Positions 53,001 to 62,000 of a stretch of 64,000 nt of DNA are shown in pieces. Within the stretch, counting starts at the first letter, position 1; every line of letters begins with the position of its first letter. The notes under the pieces were generated by a model, which did not search any database, was not told where the DNA came from, and saw nothing but the letters and a program-made list of their open reading frames with translations. Origin of the DNA: Phoronis australis. Taxonomy: Eukaryota > Animalia > Phoronida. The translations under genes and the position numbers were made by a program. The DNA lies in contig NMRA01000067.1 in the NCBI GenBank assembly GCA_002633005.1, positions 154,752-218,751 of the forward strand, read 5' to 3'.

Positions 53001-56000
53001 TCATCCCCATTCCCAACCCTGCCAAAGCTGGCCAACCAGTGAACATTACGTGCAAGAGTGGCAGCAGTAACCCCGCCTCCACCCTGACATGGCTCAAGAA
53101 TGGAAGTCCCATAGGTGGCGGTGTAGACATGGGTACCATGCCCGATGTATATGGAGGAGTGGCTTCTCTCAGCTAGTAAGATTTTGACCTCTGTTGTCAG
53201 TTGTTAATGTACCCATGACTCCTAAAGTGTGAGCATTACCATGTTTGTATTTCGTTGCAAAGTGAATTTTGACATCGAAAAATATTAAAAATTTCCGTCA
53301 GTGTTAACAAGTTGCCTTTGTTATTTTCATCTCCTGCTGTGTCTAGTTTTTGGGAAAGCTGGTTATTAACGTTGTTCAAGAGTGCAGTGACTAGCAGCTG
53401 TTGTCTTGATGAGTGACATGACTGTCTTGTTGTGTCTCTATTAAGTGTAACTAGTCCTGTGTGTATGTATTACAGTCTATCTATACGGCCATCTGCTGCC
53501 GATGATAAGATGGAATATGGCTGCCGCGCTTCCAACCGTGAAATGGGACGGTCCACTGAGGATGCTATCAAACTGGACGTCACCTGTAAGTCACAATGTC
53601 TGAAATTGGTGGATACTGTCGATTGTAAAGTTTGGTCACTTGCTGGGTCTGTAATTTTCAGGAATCCGTCTTAAAGAAGTAACGATTGTGAATAATCTGT
53701 TCATGAGGGTCAGCCCTCTCAGCGAGCGACCGCTTCGCTATCCCAGTTGCCCGCTGTCGCTCATGACAAAGCCGTCCTAACAATAGCCCTATAGTGAGCC
53801 AGCCAACCACACAAATCGCTTGTGCAGTATTACGTAAGCATTAACTAGGCCTTGAGNCCAAGGCTAATCCTGTCCCCTCCTCCTATACTTGGTATAAGGG
53901 AGCTGAGAAACTGAAACTGAAGCCCATGAGGAGGCGGCGGGAATTGGAGTTGAAACATTTCACAGCGACTGGTGCCCTACTAAACATCACGGGAGTGAAG
54001 AAGGAAGACGCTGCAGACTACTTCTGTGAAGCAACTAATAGTGAGGGGACGACCAAGTTCAAGTTCCAGCTGGATGTGCAATGTATGTTGTTGACCTCTT
54101 GTATCAGTTTCCAAAGTTACATATTGTCCACATAGTTCTCAATGTGTACAGGGTGATATTCCCAGTTAGTCACAACTCATGGATGGCTGTCTTAGAAACC
54201 ATCCGATCTCCATTAAATCTATATATGTAGCAAAGTGCTCCAGTTGTCCTTTCTTGGCTTGGAGTATTCATTTTAGTTGTCAATGTTGTTACTTGCTTAT
54301 GTGACTATTTCATTTAAAGTAAAATCTCACCAATTTGGGACAAAAATAATTGCCGAAATAGATTTTTGCCATTTTTCAAGGACTTCCAGCATTATTGTGC
54401 ATACTCGCAGTTTTTGAAAACTTGAAATCTGAACACAAAAAAGTCATTTATTTTGGTGCTACATATATGTTTCATAGGAAAATTGGTAAAATAAAATTTC
54501 TGTCGTCAGCCTTATTGTGTCCTGAATTGGTAAGGTTAAACTCACCTTCTATTGCCGTGTTTCATGAGATCTGATTTAGTGAGACACGTGTAACCTCATA
54601 CTAGAACCATTAAGACCTTAGCCTTCTTTGCACATTTGCACTTTGAGACCCTTTTCCCATCACTTCGTTATTGGTTGAGCAATGGCTGATCTTTCCCTCT
54701 TCAATTGATTGGCGGTTGAGTAGCGACCACCGACCTCCTTTCCCCTTCACCTCATTGGTGGTTGAGCAATGGGTGACATTTCCCTTGACCTGATTGGTGG
54801 TTGAAGAATGTGTGATCTTATTCTTACAGACCCCGCCGTTATCAGTGCGGCTGTCACACCTGTGATGAAGTCTTCAGGTAACAATGCCACTCTGGAATGC
54901 CAGGTAGACTCCAATCCTGCTGTCGACGCCTCTATGGTATCGTGGTCACGTGAAGGTTACGACATGTCACGTGCCACCATCACATTTGATAGCACTAAGA
55001 AGGCATCAAAACTGTATATTGCCAGCGTTGCCAAGAGTGACACTGGTAACTTTACTTGCACGGCCAACAACAAGATTGGAGACGCAGCTGTGAAGAACAT
55101 AGAGCTGATTATAAAATGTAAGTTGGAGCATCCGATGGATGTGACGTATTTGTTAAATGGCTTGCATTGTAAAATTATTTTGATGTTGGATTGTGAGAAT
55201 TGTTTTCCAAAAGATTTACGCCTATATTCGAGATTCTGAAACGAATGAGAACGTCACTTAGGATTGCGATGTTGTCTAACAGTGTGGAAATGCTTTCATA
55301 AGGAAAAATGTCCTTTTACTCTGAAAACTAGAATTTTCCCATTTTTTCAGCGTGACATTTTTGATACCTACCCTAAATTAATGATAATGTCATTGAGTTA
55401 TTGTAACATTGCATGTTATGTTTGTATGACAGATGCCCCTGAGATAGCCAAGTCTGTGCAGTACAGCAAGTCAGCAGCTGAGATTAATGATAAAGGCAAA
55501 GTGATCTGTAGGGCCGAAGGTGCTCCACCACCCGTATTTACCTGGTCTAAGGTGAGTGCTACAAACAGGTGATGTGTAGGGACAGTATGCTTGCTACAGT
55601 AGAAGACAAATGTAAGCAGACAAAGTATCATAGCGTAGCTATATGGTCCCTTTTGTTTTTGTTTTTTATAATGTTCAACACTTGGAGTTAAACACAGAAA
55701 GTGATGGAAGGAATTATATCTGGGCATCACTATTGGTCGTAGTATTTGTTTATACTCAACTGTTAAGCCAGGCAGGCTGTTGCATGATTTGTAGGTAGTT
55801 AATATCTCTTGGGAGATATCTTGGCTATGATGTGTGTGTCCTTTTCCCCATCGACTACTTCAGGTTATGCCACTGTCAAATTTTTAAGTCTTAAATTTGT
55901 GTAGAAGCTTCTCAAGAATTCTGTGCATTTTGCCAAATAACTGCATAACTAAAGAAAAAAATATAGTCAATATTTTCTGAACGTAGAGAGCCTGTACCTA

Positions 56001-59000
56001 TTGATTTTCAAGTTCATGTTAATCTGCCATTAATTTGGTTATGTGACCATGTTTTTTCATAAAATTTAGCATAAATGAAACATTCAGTCATAGCAAAACA
56101 ATGGTTTCAATTACTTGATCAAATTTCATTTGATATAGATGTTCCAGGTGAAATTTTAAATCGCTGTCTCAGTTTTCTAAAATATCATTTCATTGTTGTT
56201 TTATGCAACTTCTCGGCTCTTTCATGAAAATCATTTTTTTAAATTTCCTTATGCAAAAGTTGAACAAAACTAAAAACAATTCCTAACTGTGGAGAACAAT
56301 GCATAAATCTCACTATTGGAAAGTCGCATATGAGCCATTTCTGAGTTATGGTATTCCAAAGTTTGCCATATTTGAACATTTCCCTAGGGTTCTACAAAAA
56401 CTGAAGTGACATAACATGATATGTGAGTAATGATCTGTATTGCAGAAAGGCGTGGTGTTGAGGGGTGCCAAGGGGACCAAGTATGAGATAGACAGGGTGA
56501 AGATAGACTCTGTTCATTACAACAGTATCCTAACAGTATATAATGTGACGTGGAATGACTACAGTGATTATGAATGTATAGCCAAGAACGAGCTGGGACA
56601 GGATACCTACACTATTACTCTGGATGGAACTAGTAAGTTATAGTGGGTCTTAAAGCAGAGCACAGTGATAGTGTGATACTGTAGTGCTTCAGGCTGATTA
56701 GTGCGTATAGTGGCTCCACCTAGCAGTTGGGGAAACATACTCAGTTGTTGAACCAGAGACCGCTTAGCTTGTCATGTGACGTGATCAAAATGCACCTTCA
56801 TTCAGCGCAGCTTCTTGTGTTGCTTAGATTGCTAAACAATGAAAGTCAATGTTTTTTTACTAAAAGTATGGGTGGCCAGATGTCTTTAGATGTATTTCTG
56901 TGCTAAATGCTGTTCTCATTCCTCATAAGTAGTGCATGCACCATTAATCCAGTGTCGTGGTGTGCTTCAGTTTCTCGGATCTTGTTGTGCCGTTAAGTTT
57001 CACCGAGCAAACAAAGTGAGTGACTCGTGAGCTGCACTGAATCAAAAATGCAGAAAACTGACGTAAACCAGGTGACACGTCCCAAAATTCAACAGTGCCA
57101 TTTCTGATTCTGCCATATTTACCCACAATGCTGCACATTTGTACATGCTTATGACTATTTTACAGGAAAGTTACTTTGACATTCCTCATGCTAATGCTAA
57201 TGCTAGTTAAGTTGCACAGTGATTTGAAATGCTATCTTCAAGAAGGTGACTGTGTTGGGTGGGACACGATATGTCGTTCTTCTCAGCTCAGAAACTTAAT
57301 TGACTACTCATCAAAATCTAGGCCGACTGTGCAATGTGTCTTTTCTACTTCGGCAAAAGAGGAGAGTTTAATTCAGGGTGTGACTATTTTGTCAATTCAG
57401 AAATGTTGCGTGAATATTGAATGAGGTATACGAGATGAACAATTAGATTGGAAATCAAATGGTTTGGGAATAATAGCCAAATAATAATGAATAGAATCAT
57501 CTCCTAAAAGTTTCAATGCCTTAAGTGTAGACCACTAGCTGTTTCCTTAAGCTCCAAACTATAAGAACTTTCTGTATTTTTATTAGAAAATGATTTTCCC
57601 TTCCAAAATCTGCATCACCATAAATAACAAATTGTTATCACTAAGTTTTTTCAGGTGTTTAAAAATGTGCGTTCACACCCAATTTTTCAAGGAAACGCTT
57701 CACGCCCTAACCAACAAAATTAAGAAGTTATAGTTTTCCCTTGAAACTAGCAGCAATAGTCGGTCACTCTCCTGTCTTTGTGTTTTAATGTAAACCCTTC
57801 CACTTTGTTCACCTATTATTACCTAATACATTTGTATCCGTTCTCTCCCTAGAAACCGGTGGTGGGTAACTAATATGAAATAGTTTAAAAAGATCACTTG
57901 GTATTCAATGTTATCGTTTATTGTTATGGGTATTTTATTGTTTCTATTTTTCAGTGTACGGTTGTTCTCCTCTCATTTCGCTCAAAAATAATTGCTGAAA
58001 TTCTGATTTTTCCATTTTTCAAAGCCTGGTTTCTTAACTGCGAGTAATGGAACCTTTACTAATTGTTGTTTTGGTCTTGGAATTGTAAATATTTAGCCAT
58101 CCAAGTTCATATAATTAAAAAAATTAAATCTGTTCAACTGAACTATTATACTAAAGATGCTTAAGCCTTTGGGAGCGTCCCGTTGTTTTATGACATCTGC
58201 ACTGGGCTTTTTTCTCAATATTTATTTTTGCGACGCAATTTGCCTGAGTAGCCTTGAACTTGTTGGCTGTACTTTACGCTAAATTAGTGAAGAACTACCG
58301 TACTCACTCACAAATCGTGCGTTCAAATAGCGCTGTGCATTGTTCACAACTTTAGAATATATGGAACGTTGGATGTTTTGAGAGATGGGTGTCATTTTAC
58401 TGTGCTGTCTTGAGATAGTGGTTTGTGTTGATTAATAGCATGTTTGGTTGTGTCATGGCTTAGTAACTGAGAACTAAGTAGTTCAACTGCCTTGTGGGAA
58501 GACAATGTTGAGCATGTGCTTTCAATAGTTTGTAAACTAACGTTCAAGTATAAATAGCAAACATTTATAAGTCTGGTTCAAGTATTACTATTGAATATCA
58601 AGGCTACTCAAGTTCGTTTTTGTCCAGCTCCTCTTTGCTTTAGAGATTCACAAAATTTCTCCAGTAAAGTGAAAAGATGTGCATTTATTTACAAATTAAA
58701 CATTCATATTCAAATTCAGGTTGGCGAATTATGCCACATGCTGTTCAAGCTGAAGTTGCCCCTCGTCCCTATAAATGCATACAGGAGCCTATCTCGTATG
58801 TTGTTAAATCAATAAACCTCTGTTTCTCTCCCATCAGGTGCCCCTGACCCTCCGACACACATCCAGTTTGTCAACTCAACCCACAACAGCATCACTCTCA
58901 AGTGGTTGCCTGGCTTTGACGGTGGCATAGAACAATCCTTCATGGTGAGGTACAGGCCCACGAAGGGGCTCTCGAAGGGATACACCTTTGTAGAGGCATT

Positions 59001-62000
59001 CCATCACATCTACACTGTGACAGGTAGGAAAGTGGGTCAGGGATATAGCAGCATAGTTCTGCTAGTTTTATACCCAGGTGTTTTGCTGTCATCTGAAAAA
59101 CCATGACTAGGTCATATTCATGTAATGTTTATTTTAATGATTTAGTTTGCATTTTATGTGGACATAGTGTTTCTGTTTGATAATTCTCCATTTTGCTATC
59201 TGTATATAATCAAGGCTTTCAAGTTTTTTTGCTGTTATTTTGACTTTTTCCTTTTTTGCCTAGTAAATTAGGTTAGATGCTTAAGTATTTTTACTAAGAC
59301 CACATCTTTCTGCCATTGCTTACTAGTTTTGTTGAAAGTCTTGTACCAAATTACTTTCTTTTTAAATCAACCTATTTATGGTAATTGCATTGTAGGTCTT
59401 GAGCATAATACAGAATATGAAATAACTGTGAGAGGGCACAATCCAAAAGGAGACAGTGCATTCCAAGAAAAGGGCATCGTTGCCAAGACAGGTAGTGTAC
59501 ATAATGACAGAGTTGTGGGGATCTGTTGAGTTATTGTAGTGCTGTTTGGGCCACAATTCATCCGCCTGCAGCCATTCTTAAAGACGTGTATGCGTGCTCT
59601 TAACTATGCTAATGTATAGTAGGAACTAAACGGCAATGCTATTTGAACATAATCTACGCTAAACAAAGTGCAGTTGTGGTCACTGATAACTTGTAAATGT
59701 GAAAACAAAAAATTCTGCGAGTAGGTGATGTCATAATACTTGATAGACACGGTTGAGTGATGTACTGTGGATCATTTTCTATGCAAAGCTCGTTCTCAAA
59801 AAACATTGGCAATTTTCAACCTACTTCATATTCACGTCATCGCTATGTGTTGTGTTTCCAACTAATTTGACCAAGCAATCACAGAGATAAGGAATTAGCT
59901 TACTTTATTGTCAAAAATGCTAAGTTTTGAAACGTCCTCCATGCTCCCATTAAACTTTGTCATGAACTTGTACCTTACTGAGTAAAGAGTAAGTTCTACG
60001 CTTGTGGATGCCGACAAATGACTCTAAGGAAGGCTGAATTCTGTAAGTTGCAATTCATCAGTGCCATCCACACTACGAGAAGCCTTAGTACTAGTTACTT
60101 GTGGAGTGAGTTGTCATTACGTTCAGTAGTTGTGTAGATACTATTTGGGCTTAGGCAACTAGACCCACATGGGGGCTTAGGCAACTTGACCCACGTGGGG
60201 GCTCAGGCAACTTGACCCACGTGTGACAACTTAATTTATCGAGGTAAGGTAACATGCCCCAGCATAAGTCGCAGTGTTGCAGACATGTCGGAAATAACTG
60301 CTAGCTGCGTGCTTACTCAGATAATTTTTTTGTGCCATAGTTGTTGTAAGCTACTTTAAAGGGTTACGTTGGTTGAAGGCTGCTCAATATGTAGTAAGCT
60401 CTGTATACATTTTCAGGTGAAATTGTGCATAACATGGAGCAAATTTTGTTGCAAAATCCTACTAAGATATGTATTATTACTCTTGGTAATCAAATTTTTG
60501 TTTAACACCTGTGCCCGTCTCATTTCAGCTGAGTTACCTGACCCTGAGGAGGTGAAGGACGGAGAAGAAGTACCTCTAGTCATAATACTGAGTGTCACTA
60601 TTGTGGGTGTACTGTTGTTGATTCTCAATATATTCCTCATCATGTTCTTCATCAGAAGGAAGAGGAAAAACAAGATGGATAAAGGTACGTTGACCTAACG
60701 GTGACACCGACAGGGTTACCCTCGTTTTTTTATTGTCTAAAAGCTTGCCTTCCGTCAAAAAGCAATTTTTGTTTAGACCATCTACCATAGACCGTTTGCC
60801 ATTATGAAATTGGACTCAAATTGTTCCTTAGTCAAAATAGATTGAATTTCTGAGCTCGGAGGGAAATGACAGTTTGTTTTTACTTGTGGCCAAGCTGTTC
60901 ATGTTGACTTATCGTAGTGTGTTATTTTATTAACCGAGAATGGTTTTAGGAATAACGAACTGTTAGTTCTGTGTAAGACCAAACATCACTTCACATCTGA
61001 CTAAGGAACAAGTTGACACCAATTTTAAAGAAACACGTGGTCTGAATCAGAATCGAGTTTCTTCAACAGAGATTGGGGTTTGGTGTCGCTTTAATGTTTC
61101 TAAATAAAACTTCTTCAAATATTCTTGTTGAATAGTTATGTTGAAAGTTTACAGATATCACTGTAAAAATCGTTTTGAAAAACAAAGTCTTCATTTGTAT
61201 ATTAACAAGCTTGACACATATGCTTTTGGGAAGTACTTTCTGTCACCTGTGGTTTTCAAGCTCTATTGTTCTTTTTTAGTTCCAAGTAGTGTTACATTGT
61301 TTGGTTTCTTTTAGACTCAACAGATGGCTCTAGTCAAAACAACACCATAGAGATGTACTCAACATCAACGGGCCCCGCCTACCCGCCCTCTGTTGATGAC
61401 ACCAAAAGTTACACAACGTATGATAAGAGTATTGATGACTATCCCGATGAGTTTGGACGTCCCTATGATGTAAGTTACATGCAACTTAGGTTTCTAGCAC
61501 TGGTATTTAATTGATGTTTTATAATGAGTTTGGCTTGTCGAAGGACCAGGTACCGTCATTTGGTGTTAAATCTGCTGGATGTTTAAGTTTTGTGTTCGAA
61601 GTATTTAGTCCATTAAAGAACCTCTGCTTTCTAGGTTGGGTGCAGTGAGCCATTAGTAGACAAGTCCCAGGGCAGACATAATCTATTGACAGTCCATCTC
61701 TTGTTAGAACTGGCAGTGTCTACTGGGTTATTGCGTTCTGGTCATCACAGCTGTATTATCTGATGGTATTTGGCCCGGCTTGAGCCACTCTGTTTCATTT
61801 CATAAACCACATGAACCCAGGATCACGACACTGAGAAAAAGCTTAATTAGAAATGTTTGGGACACTTTGGTGCCTTTGGTGTTAGAACAGAGCCTAAGTG
61901 TGGTACTTTACCCAATCAGTTCATTTCTCTGAATTGCAGTTCAAGAGTTACATATAGTTAAGTCTTGTGACCTTTCATCGAAACAGGTGATTAGGAGCAA

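Noticed and set aside
53173-53178. Apparent premature TAG stop at the end of exon 8
   Set aside because: The phase-2 donor TA|GTAAG joins T of exon 9 to give TAT (Tyr), so it is not a pseudogene lesion.
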